Below, piece by piece: positions 1-10,698 of a stretch of DNA of 64,000 nt. The position numbers and the translations under genes are program-made. How positions within the stretch are numbered: position 1 is the first letter of the stretch; the number at the start of each line of letters is the position of its first letter. The stretch comes from Trichosphaerium sp. ATCC 40318 (taxonomy: Eukaryota > Protista > Tubulinea): the NCBI GenBank assembly GCA_038496445.1, contig JALMLS010000370.1, positions 1-64,000 on the forward strand, written 5' to 3'. Below the pieces are notes generated by a model, which was not told the DNA's origin, searched no databases, and saw nothing but the letters and a program-made list of their open reading frames with translations.

Positions 1-1621
1 TTATTGGTAATCAACGAACTATCTCCATGTCAAAGAAAGAAGGCTCATTAGGCGGTTCAATATCAATTGTTTTGGGCTATTTAGCTTTTTCTAACGATGT
101 CCGCACCCAAGCAATTGTAGACATCGACTACAGAGATATTTCAGGTGATATAACACCATCGTTAGACTTTACAGAAAATGGAGCCGGTGCGTGGTTGCTC
201 TTAGCGAAAAACTAAAAAATTACAGATTGACGCAAGATTTTATTTTCGTGGTCACGTGATTTTTTTTCACAGTTTTTTTTTATTTTCAACACACGTGTTT
301 TGACTTGAACTTTAATTTTATTTATTTTTCCTTTATCTAGATTGTTTCTTGGTTGATGTTCTTGCTTCTGATCAACTACACACTATTTCATTTATTGCAG
401 ATACACCAGAAGGACCACAAACATCAGAATTCTCATTTAGTTTCGGAGTGGAACCACAGGAACAAGATTGTGCTTACCTTACGGAGGTAATTAGTGCTTC
501 TATTTTTGATTAGTGGCTTATCCAAAACGATGTTGTAGGTGATTTACAAGCGTATGATGAAGTGACTTCTTTACATTTTAGTGATGAAGCAGACAGCAAT
601 GGTGTAGATGCTCTTTATGGATTTTTCTGTGTTGCTCCTTCAGTCAGTTGTTGGCATGAAATTTCTCCAAACGGATCTGAACCTATACTTGCCGGTGCGT
701 GATAAGAATAAATAGGGATTGTATAGCACTTATAAAAGAGTTATAGGAGATACACTATCCGTGACTGTACACTGCGAGAACTTTGTTTCGCTTCCTCCAA
801 TGAACCAACCCCTAGACATCTCCGTTGAGTTTCCACCTGAAATTGGTACTATGGATCCTTCTACGTTCACGTGCTCCACGCCCGTAAGATTATAGTGCTA
901 CCATATACACTATTTAACGCAATTATTTGTAGGACGTACCTACAATCACAGCAACGCCACAACGGTTTCTCGTGTCGACAGACTTACTAGACAACACAAC
1001 AATAACTTGCTCTTTCGATATTGATCTCATTGCCGCAGGCACTGTTGAGGGGTTTGCCGCTCGAGTCCTTAACACAAGATCGGGTTCTGTATCATTCTCA
1101 AACACTGGAGGTAACAGGTAATGAATTATAACTCTTAAATTTGGAAAAAAAATTGACCAACTAATTAGAGCTGACTCAGTGGACTTCTGCACTTTGGGTA
1201 ACTTAACAAGTACCATTGTAGTACAACCTCCACCACCAACACCTCCAACAACTCAAGCTCCAACAGTACCAGCACCGCCGACAACACAAGCTCCAACTAC
1301 AACAGCTCCAACCACTGCGGCACCTACCACTGCAATGCCCACTGCTCCTCCTACCGAACCACCAACCACAACCCCACCAACTACAGAGGCGCCTGTAGTG
1401 CCTACTGCACCTGTTACGCCTACTACAAACCCGCCAACCACAGAACCACCTACTACCGAGGCTCCTACTGAACCTCCAACGACACAACCTCCACCAACAC
1501 TACCACCTACGACAAATCCTCCAACTACTCTTCCACCTACGACATTACCACCAACAACACTGTCGCCTACAACAAATCCTCCTACTACTCTCCCTCCTAC
1601 GACTTTGCCTCCTACGACGCT
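1..1621 (+). pseudogene. Defective duplicate (copy A) of the secreted Pro/Thr-rich protein gene at 7751-9988
   Basis: Near-identical to 7911-9534. It has a 1-nt deletion in exon 2 (GAACCACAGG vs GAACCACCAGG) that breaks the frame, and is truncated at about 1621 by an unrelated inverted fragment. May be an assembly artefact. Confidence 0.75.
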
Positions 1622-1673
1622 GAGTAACCTATTGCCACCTACGACATTTGTTAGAAAAAAAAAATTAGAAAAA

Positions 1674-2242
1674 GCGTAACAACCGGTATGCTTAATTTAA
1701 CCAACTGTTAGCTGTTTTTACGGAGAAATTCGTTTAGCTAACTAAAACCATAGCAAACTACAAGGAGCTTGTAGTGTTGCGCGAAAAGTACCACAAAGAA
1801 GGATTTGAAGTGCTTGCATTCCCTTGCAATCAAGTAAGCCGCCATTTCTTCTTTTCTTGTCGAAAACGTCATTCTCATTAACACCTCTTTTTTTTTAATA
1901 GTTCGGTGGTCAAGAACCAGGCAGTAACGAGCAGATTAAAAAGTTTGTTGCAGGATTTGGTGTTAAATTCCCAATGTTTGATAAACTCGATGTCAAGGGT
2001 AAAAATCAAGATCCTTTGTTTGCATTCTTGTGCTCTAAACATGAAGGCGTGTCTGAGAGCACTATTGGTTGGAATTTCTCAAAGGCACGGACAGGGAAAA
2101 AGACGTAAACGTTTCCATTTTTGACTGACTTTGATTCTAGTTTGTTTGCAATAAGAATGGCGTACCTGTACAGTTCTATGATACACGCGTTAGTCCGAGC
2201 GAAATAGAGCCAAAGATTGTTGAGCTCTTAAAAGACAAATGA
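1674..2242 (+). CDS. GPX: Glutathione peroxidase (5'-truncated, likely selenoprotein)
   Basis: Spliced translation (G)VTTANYKELVVLREKYHKEGFEVLAFPCNQ|FGGQEPGSNEQIKKF..FPMFDKLDVKG..IGWNFSK|FVCNKNGVPV..DK*, containing GPx signature motifs. GC-AG intron 2085-2140. The N-terminal exon with the catalytic U/C is absent. Confidence 0.93.
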
Positions 2243-2291
2243 AGCCAGAATGGCTCTAAATTGCTTAAAAGTCCTTATACCGCATGCTTAT

Positions 2292-2368
2292 GAAACGATT
2301 TATGATATGCAATTGTTCAAACCCTAAACTAGTTGGGCACAATCGCATTGATAACCTTTTATCTGTTT
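2292..2368 (+). promoter_or_regulatory. SECIS element (type II) in GPx 3' UTR
   Basis: ATGAT (2302) and TGAT (2349) quartet. Helix II ATGCAATTGT/ACAATCGCAT pairs at 9 of 10 positions. Unpaired AAA is followed by a CCC/GGG mini-stem. Helix I AAACGAT/ATCTGTTT. Confidence 0.8.
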
Positions 2369-2967
2369 TGTAATCATTCACCGGCTTGAAGGAAGCCATA
2401 AGCAAGTCATATTAAACGTGAAACTGCGTTAGTACTGCTACGTAGTTGTATAATAAACAATGCGCAGTATTTCACGTAAAAATTAAATTCTATGCCTATT
2501 TTACCCTTTGTAGCGCTAAGAGACTGCGAAAGCTATTTCCTGGTTGCAGTTTCGTATCAACATTTCGAAACGTCGTCTACTCACGTACTTTTATCACGTT
2601 TCTATGGCTTGATTAGGTTGTATGTGTATTTAAAGCGGTTTCTTGTTTCTCTAGAGGTGTTGTAGTTATTTTAAAAGAGTCCTCTGCCAAGTAGTTTGAC
2701 TTTTTTTTATTTTTCGAAGCCCAGATTTTATTTACGTCACGCAACTAACGATAGCTGCTACTACGAACATACGAAAAGCTCACATAGTCAAGAGGTATGG
2801 GACAGTTGAAGGTCAAAAGCCATTCAAACCTGTTTTGCATTTCTCCTCGTTCTACTCGAACGTGCTTATGGCGTCATACTTGAGTCATAGCTGTGCTTGA
2901 TGCAGCAGTGGTATTGGCTTGCGTTTTAATTTTAACCAAGATGTAGAAATTGTTCGAGAGTTGAAGT

Positions 2968-5699
2968 ATGATCAAGCTCCCTACGTTAATCTTCATATTA
3001 CACATCACAGTGCTCATCCCGGTTGCTATTGGATCGCTATCGTGGATTGAAAACGGGGCACCAGGTAATCCCTCTTTTTTTATGACATTTCCTATTCGTT
3101 TGTTATCAATAACCCCAAAGAACGCTTAAAATAATATAAGAACAGCATTTGAAATCTCGTGCTATGCAGTTTTAACGACTTTTCTCAGTTCATGCAAACG
3201 CTCCGTTTCTTGACTTTACAGGGGCGTCAGGTATACCAAATGGTACTTTAGAGGGTATTCTATGTAGCGCAAAACACGAGGTACGAAACAGTTTTAAATT
3301 TATTTTTAAATTTCGTCTGTACAGCGACTCTTTATGGTTAATCCTTTGGTAGCGTTATGTATGTGCTAACGTGACGACAAAGATACTATTTGTTGAGTTT
3401 GAACAGGGAACAGTTGATAGAGTGCTTCTTCCTATAGTTGACGAGCACGACAACTATGTAGCGATCATTTTAGGTTCAACCGACAGTACGCTTTTTTAGC
3501 TAAAATAATTTTTTTTGTTTTTTATATTTTTCGCTGTTTTTGCGACGTTTCGGGTCGTTGAACTGTTTGTTCGACTTTTTTGTGCACACAATTGTGCTTT
3601 CGTTTTATTTACACTACTCCGCGGAGCAACACGTATTAGCACGTGATCAAAAAATAAGTGGAACGAACTTTTTCTCTTTTTTTTTTTGTTCTATTTTGTG
3701 GTTTTGCTTTACTGTTTTTAGCGAGTGTCGAAGTGATAATTTATTTTTTTAAATATTTTTATATAGTTGTAGAAGGTCGTGGGAGGTATCTATACGATAC
3801 AGAACCAAGCAAGTTCACACCAGCGCCAATTTATGAAATAAATCTTAAAGCGACAAATCAGTTGAAATCTCTCTTGGGTTCAGATTCTACGGTCAATATA
3901 ACACTTACTACTGGAGGTAAACTACCACGCTTTTCCCTCTTTAAATAATGGGTTAATTCACACAATAAAAAACTGTTTAGATATCAACCAATGGAGCCAA
4001 TTGGAAAGATCACCTTGGAGCTATTTACTTCAGATAGTTGCTATAATGCTACCTTCTCTTATCACATTATTGTTTGTATGCTTGGTTGCGTATTATCATT
4101 ATTACTACCACGAGAACCATGTAATACTACCAAGAGTAGTCATGGGACTACATATCTTCGCACTTTTATGCACGTGATTTTTTTTTAACTTGTTTCAAAA
4201 AAAGGTCACAAAAAAAAAACTAGTTTGAATTGGCTACTATTTTGTTGTTTCACAAAACGTTCCACTAACATTTTTCTCCGTTTTAGCTATTGTCATAATG
4301 TCGTCGGACTATTTATTTAGAAATTTCCTACCTGCTACTATGGTTGTAGCGATGTTTGACATGTGTGTAGCACCAACAATAATAGGTAAAAACCGACTTT
4401 TTTTTTTCGTTCGAAAAGAATTGTATTTACGAGATTAATCTTATTTTATTCTTCTAGCTACTCTTCTAGTAACACTTGCATGGCAAGACGCATTAACTGA
4501 TAGAGAATTAACAGTTAAAGCTTTTCTTTCAAGCAAGATGCGTATCGCTTTTTATTGCTTAGTGGCTTTCATGGCTACTGTTGCTGTAATGAGTGTTATG
4601 GCTAGGATATTCGTACAAGAGGTTATTATTGATTATGCTTATGGCATGATATCAATACTTGTAGTCATAAGTACGCCTCTCTTTGATCTTTTTTTGGGTG
4701 CCGGTTTTTTTGTGTTCATTGTGTTCCACTTTTTTTTTTCACTTTTTCCGGAAAATCATTTTTTGGCTTCATAGTTTTGACAAGTTGTATTTATTTTGTT
4801 TTCATCGTAGTGATGCTTGTTTTTAAATTCAAAACTGCGTATGGTATTGGAAGTCAACTTGGAGGGTTTGATAAAACAAAAAATAGGAGTTCAAGAGAGT
4901 ATATGCGTCGTGTACGTATTTCTTTTTAAGAATTTTAAATTTCTTTTTTTTGTTTTACTTATTTAATTAATTACTAGCTCATGTGGCGTATGATACTGGT
5001 TGGTACTGCATACTTTCTTTACATCATTGGTATGATTGTAATAATTTCCGGAGGAGTCTCAACACCTGCAGGTACGCCTTTTCGAACAAGGGCAACTGCG
5101 TTGCAATGGCAAAAAAAAAGTATTTACTTACATATCTTTTTTCAGGGTTCTTTGCTACGGGCACTTTGATGTACACCTCTGCGTCTCTTGTTGCTGTTGC
5201 ACAGGTTCATACATTCTTCGTTAAGAGTAGAGAAATCAAGAGCTCAGCAAGCAGCTCAGGATCAAAGAAAACATCTTCTTTTTCGAAAAGAACAACAAGT
5301 GAGATAAGAAATGTAACAACAAGACATACTATCAAAGATCGTGTTATTACAATGACAGAGGCACTTCCAGCTCCTGATCAGGGAGAAGTAATAACAAAGA
5401 GGAGTATCGCATTAAAAGCAGAACCAGAACATCACGGAGACCATGAGGAGCTATCTACGTCTTCAGGTCGCACGGAAGGTAGTATAAGTTCAGCGAAAGT
5501 ATCAAATGCTGGAAACGGAAGTGGTGTCGTTTCGGATTCCTCTAGCCCTCCAGCACGTGCTTCTTTACACACATCAAGATCTAGTAGTAGAAAATCAAAT
5601 AAGAAAAACGTAGAGTATGAGCTTAGTAGCCAGAACAGTGAAATTGATGATGATGGAGATAATGACGACTCTGAGCATCTAGACGAGCATATCTTGTAA
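2968..5699 (+). CDS. Signal peptide + PA-like ectodomain + multi-TM (GPCR-like) membrane protein with Ser-rich tail
   Basis: MIKLPTLIFILHITVLIPVAIG signal. Exons splice in frame through PIYEINLKATNQLKSLLGSDSTVNITLTTGDINQW, then about 7 hydrophobic helices and a Ser/acidic tail (ORF 4983-5699). GC donor at 4170. Confidence 0.7.
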
Positions 5700-5867
5700 A
5701 TTTTTTTGTAGTTATAAATAAAATAAGAAAGTAATTTAAACTTGTTATGGAACTGTCACATAACCCGGAGAAATAGGATGCCACCTTTGCCGAAGACAAG
5801 GAAGATTTTTTTTGGTGGTTAAGTTATTGTTGTTTGTTCTTAAGTCAGTTGTTTGGCGGTTTGACAC

Positions 5868-7454
5868 ATGGCAGAGTCAGAGTTAAAACTGTACCTACAC
5901 GATGATGAGTACCAGGTTAGAGCATTTGAGCGTTCCAAACATAATTCTTGCATAGTTGCCAACGAATATAACACCTGAGGAGCTGACTCCTATAATTAAC
6001 GATATACGAAAGGAAATAAAGACTCTAGAACGAGAATTAGGAAAAACTGCTCAATTAGAAGAAGGTGCGTTATAAACGCTCCCATTACACTCAAAAATGC
6101 GAAGATTACGAAGTTGAGACGTTTACAATCCCGCCACATTCCATACCGATCAGATGTGATGTCAGACGATTTGACTGGGCTGTACGATAATGCGCTGTGC
6201 GAGGTTTTACTAATGTTTACGCAAGGCTCTGGCCGCAGAAGTACAATTTGATGTAATAACTATGGATCCACCTTGGCAACTCGCAGGAAGCACACCCACG
6301 CGTGGAGTACGTATAAACGCTAAAGCTTTGAAAGATAACGGTTTTTTACGCATTTTTCTAATTTTTTTTCTAACAAATGTCATAGGTGGCAATCGGTTAC
6401 TCAGCGCTTCCCAACCATGATATTGAGAATATTCCCATTCCAAAGCTACAGAAGAATGGATTTTTATTTATATGGGTTATCAATGCACGTTACACGTTTG
6501 CTACGAACCTAATGAAGAATTGGGGATACGAGTAAGAACCAAAGTTACAGTTTCAAGTGTTTGTTTTCGGATTTTTAAAACACTTTTTGATAGTACGCTG
6601 ATTAATGTTGTAGGATAGTAGATGACATTACTTGGGTAAAATCTACAGTAAATAGACGTATGGCGAAAGGTCACGGATTTTATTTGCAGCATGCAAAAGA
6701 AACTTGTCTCGTTGGTAAAAAGGTATGTAATCTCTACAATTCCCTTGCTTTTATGAGATTCTCTGGTTGATCAGTTTTCGTCTACTTGAATTTTTTCTTC
6801 AATGTATTTGTAGTGTTTTTCGTAGTAGTTGTGTATGAGGGCATTCATGTTCTGTTTCCACTCTGTTTTCTAAATCAATTTTGTGAGATTTTTGAAGTCT
6901 ACAAAACCCTTAGCTCACAAGTGCTTCAGCGTCTCTTATGGCGTTTAAGGCAATGACCGACTCTGGTTCGGTTTCACTCAATGCTTGCAGCGCGTAGTGC
7001 AACTTGATAACTTGATGTAAATGCTCAACAAAACATTATCATTCAGTTACACGCACGTATTTGCTTGTTTTTCTCTCCTAGAGCTATTATACTCGCTTGA
7101 CTACGCGTTGCATTCATCTCTTTCTGCGTATAAAATTCGCTAAATTTTAAGCCGAATTTCGTAGTGAAAAGCAAAGCCAGTTGCCACCCAAAACCAGAGC
7201 AAATATTTTCCTTAATGGTATCATCGTTTTTCTTATTTTTAACGCACAAATTATTACAGGGAAATGATCCACCTAACACACGACGTGGTGTTATGTCAGA
7301 TGTAATATTTAGCGAAAGAAGAGGCCAAAGTCAGAAACCAGAAGAAATTTATGAGATGATCGAAAATCTCGTTCCTAACGGGAAGTACTTGGAGATATTT
7401 TCCAGAAGAAATAACTTAAGAAACTACTGGTTTTCAATCGGGTTAGAACTGTAA
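5868..7454 (+). CDS. AMT1: MT-A70 family N6-adenine DNA methyltransferase, AMT1/MTA1 clade
   Basis: Spliced motifs FDVITMDPPWQLAGSTPTRGVAIGY, GFLFIWVINARY, WGYEIVDDITWVK, AKGHGFYLQHAKETCLVG and SDVIFSERRGQSQKPEEIY..YLEIFSRRNNL match ciliate AMT1/MTA1 as I recall it. Confidence 0.92.
6771..7117 (-). CDS. 83-aa orphan protein nested antisense in the AMT1 intron
   Basis: Exons 7117-7057, 7010-6919, 6869-6771; GT-AG introns of 46 and 49 nt; continuous frame from ATG to TGA. Confidence 0.7.
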
Positions 7455-7750
7455 TAATGTAAAATAATAAAAATAAAAACAAAAACAAAAACAAGGAAAA
7501 CGAGTAGCGCGAAAGTATGATCTATCTACGCGTGACTTATATGCCCTTGAAAGTAAGATTGTTTACGCCTTTAATAGCTATCAAAGGTAAACAATCTCAA
7601 TGCTTGGCGTGTGTGCACTGATTTGCAGTAAGAATCAGTTATCGTTGGAAGTAAAGCATAAGCGATTGTAGTGATGCTCATAAAACAATCACATCTTGCT
7701 GTTTAAGTTGTTAACTTCCCGCTTGAGATTTTTTGATTCAGATTGGCCTC

Positions 7751-9988
7751 ATGGCAACGTATCACGTAGTTCTGTTTGTATTAGTCATACTACACTCCTA
7801 CGTACAAGCTGGGGTGCTAATCGACGACTTTAGTCTCAATAGAGATGTCTCAATTAGCCGTCTATTAAACTTCTCGCAAGTTGTCGATACGCCATCGGAC
7901 CACTCGTCTTTTATTGGTAATCAACGAACTATCTCCATGTCAAAGAAAGAAGGCTCATTAGGCGGTTCAATATCAATTGTTTTGGGCTATTTAGCTTTTT
8001 CTAACGATGTCCGCACCCAAGCAATTGTAGACATCGACTACAGAGATATTTCAGGTGATATAACACCATCGTTAGACTTTACAGAAAATGGAGCCGGTGC
8101 GTGGTTGCTCTTAGCGAAAAACTAAAAAATTACAGATTGACGCAAGATTTTATTTTCGTGGTCACGTGATTTTTTTTTTCACAGTTTTTTTTTATTTTCA
8201 ACACACGTGTTTTGACTTGAACTTTAATTTTATTTATTTTTCCTTTTGTAGATTGTTTCTTGGTTGATGTTCTTGCTTCTGATCAACTACACACTATTTC
8301 ATTTATTGCAGATACACCAGAAGGACCACAAACATCAGAATTCTCATTTAGTTTCGGAGTGGAACCACCAGGAACAAGATTGTGCTTACCTTACGGAGGT
8401 AATTAGTGCCTTCTATTTTTGATTAGTGGCTTATCCAAAACGATGTTGTAGGTGATTTACAAGCGTATGATGAAGTGACTTCTTTACATTTTAGTGATGA
8501 AGCAGACAGCAATGGTGTAGATGCTCTTTATGGATTTTTCTGTGTTGCTCCTTCAGTCAGTTGTTGGCATGAAATTTCTCCAAACGGATCTGAACCTATA
8601 CTTGCCGGTGCGTGATAAGAACAAATAAGGATTGTACAGCACTTATAAAAGAGTTATAGGAGATACACTATCCGTGACTGTACACTGCGAGAACTTTGTT
8701 TCGCTTCCTCCAATGAACCAACCCCTAGACATCTCCGTTGAGTTTCCACCTGAAATTGGTACTATGGATCCTTCTACGTTCACGTGCTCCACGCCCGTAA
8801 GATTATAGTGCTACCATATACACTATTTAACGCAATTATTTGTAGGACGTACCTACAATCACAGCAACGCCACAACGGTTTCTCGTGTCGACAGACTTAC
8901 TAGACAACACAACAATAACTTGCTCTTTCGATATTGATCTCATTGCCGCAGGCACTGTTGAGGGGTTTGCCGCTCGAGTCCTTAACACAAGATCGGGTTC
9001 TGTATCATTCTCAAACACTGGAGGTAACAGGTAATGAATTATAACTCTTAAATTTGGAAAAAAAATTGACCAACTAATTAGAGCTGACTCAGTGGCCTTC
9101 TGCACTTTGGGTAACTTAACAAGTACCATTGTAGTACAACCTCCTCCACCAACACCTCCAACAACTCAAGCTCCAACAGTACCAGCACCACCGACAACAC
9201 AAGCTCCAACTACAACAGCTCCAACCACTGCGGCACCTACCACTGCAATGCCCACTGCTCCTCCTACCGAACCACCAACCACAACCCCACCAACTACAGA
9301 GGCGCCTGTAGTGCCTACTGCACCTGTTACGCCTACTACAAACCCGCCAACCACAGAACCACCTACTACCGAGCCTCCTACTGAACCTCCAACGACACAA
9401 CCTCCAACTACACTACCACCTACGACAAATCCTCCAACTACTCTTCCACCTACGACATTACCACCAACAACACTGTCGCCTACAACAAATCCTCCTACTA
9501 CTCTCCCTCCTACGACTTTGCCTCCTACGACGCTTCCACCAACAACACTATCACCTACAACTCTACCTCCGACAACTCAAATACCAACAACCTTACCACC
9601 AACTACAAGTCCACCAACAACTGAACCTCCAACGACTCAACCTCCAACGACAATGGCACCTACAGTGCCAGTCCCACCTACGCTTCCTCCACCAGATGAA
9701 TGCGTTGGACCTCTTGTCCACGGTAAGAGCAGTGGGTTTGGCGTATTGAGCGAAATCTACCAAAATCTTCAAGATCAGGCTGAGGATGATTGTGCAAGGT
9801 ACTCTCTTTTTCAAAACTTCTAGTTTTGTTAATTGTTGTTCAGGTGTTGCGATGCTATTCAATTTACTGGAGATCCTTTCGTACTTGATTGCACATTTGA
9901 GAACCGCGGTACAGCATACACGAGGAAAGATTTTTGGAGCAAACAAAGAAAAGATGTTACAGCAATGTGCGTTTGTTGTTGTACATAA
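7751..9988 (+). CDS. Secreted protein: beta-rich N-terminal region, mucin-like Pro/Thr stalk, Cys-rich C-terminal domain
   Basis: Signal MATYHVVLFVLVILHSYVQA. All exons join in frame. PPTT repeats. Last exon reads RCCDAIQF..AMCVCCCT* (TAA 9986-9988). Confidence 0.85.
9137..9693 (+). repeat. Coding 15-bp degenerate tandem repeat (PPTTx pentapeptide)
   Basis: Repeated PPTTL/PPTTE/PPTTQ/APTT units; a partial copy is at about 1224-1621. Confidence 0.9.
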
Positions 9989-10698
9989 AAACTTTATAAA
10001 TGTCGCAATACACTTCACCAGTAGCGCAAAATATGTAATTAGATAAAATTATTCTTTTCTTCGACGCGACACAGGGTTGATTCCAGTTACCGCAAGCATT
10101 CAAGCTGTATCTGTGAGTTTGCAGCGGAGCAGGGTGCCCACACTGACCAATGGCCATGTACACATGCCATTTCTTACTACCCTGTGATAGCAATATTGGT
10201 AAAATACATAAACTCACAGTATATGATCCACGTGTTATGTCTCTTCTATTGCACTCTGTCTTTGTGATTTTTTAACCGACCCCACTAGGGAAGTCAATGA
10301 AATTGTTCTGCTTTGGCAAACACCAAGTATCGGCTTGGCCTCTGTACATGTAATTGTATTTGGGAGAGGACAAAGGCTATCAATGCCTTGACTTTCAAAG
10401 GCCCTACTTACGTAAGTAGCCATAATACGCATGTACAATGTTTTTATTATGTCAAGAAGTAAGTGTTTTGTAACGAGAGCCAAAAAGTTACTTTTCTTTA
10501 AATGCAATTGTGGCTGGAATACGTTAATCTTGTCTGTACAAATCAATCATGTTTAATTAGCGCTCTGCCTCTTGTTCAACAAGAAGTATAAATCGATCGT
10601 GTTGCTGACAGGTCACGTGCCAAGCTTGTTAACAGACTCAAGGACAGACTTCTAATTTAGTAAGTCAGCTGCAAAACAACCTTCCTCTTAAAGTCAGA

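Noticed and set aside
1203-1487. Minus-strand Cys/Trp/Arg- and Val/Gly-rich ORFs (also 9116-9400)
   Set aside because: Antisense shadows of the Pro/Thr coding repeat.
2240-2242. GPx terminal TGA recoded as Sec
   Set aside because: It lies at the normal GPx C-terminus and close to the SECIS; the catalytic Sec belongs in the missing 5' exon.
10000-10560. Minus-strand coding-like fragments with splice-like signals
   Set aside because: Could not assemble a continuous frame or recognise a family.
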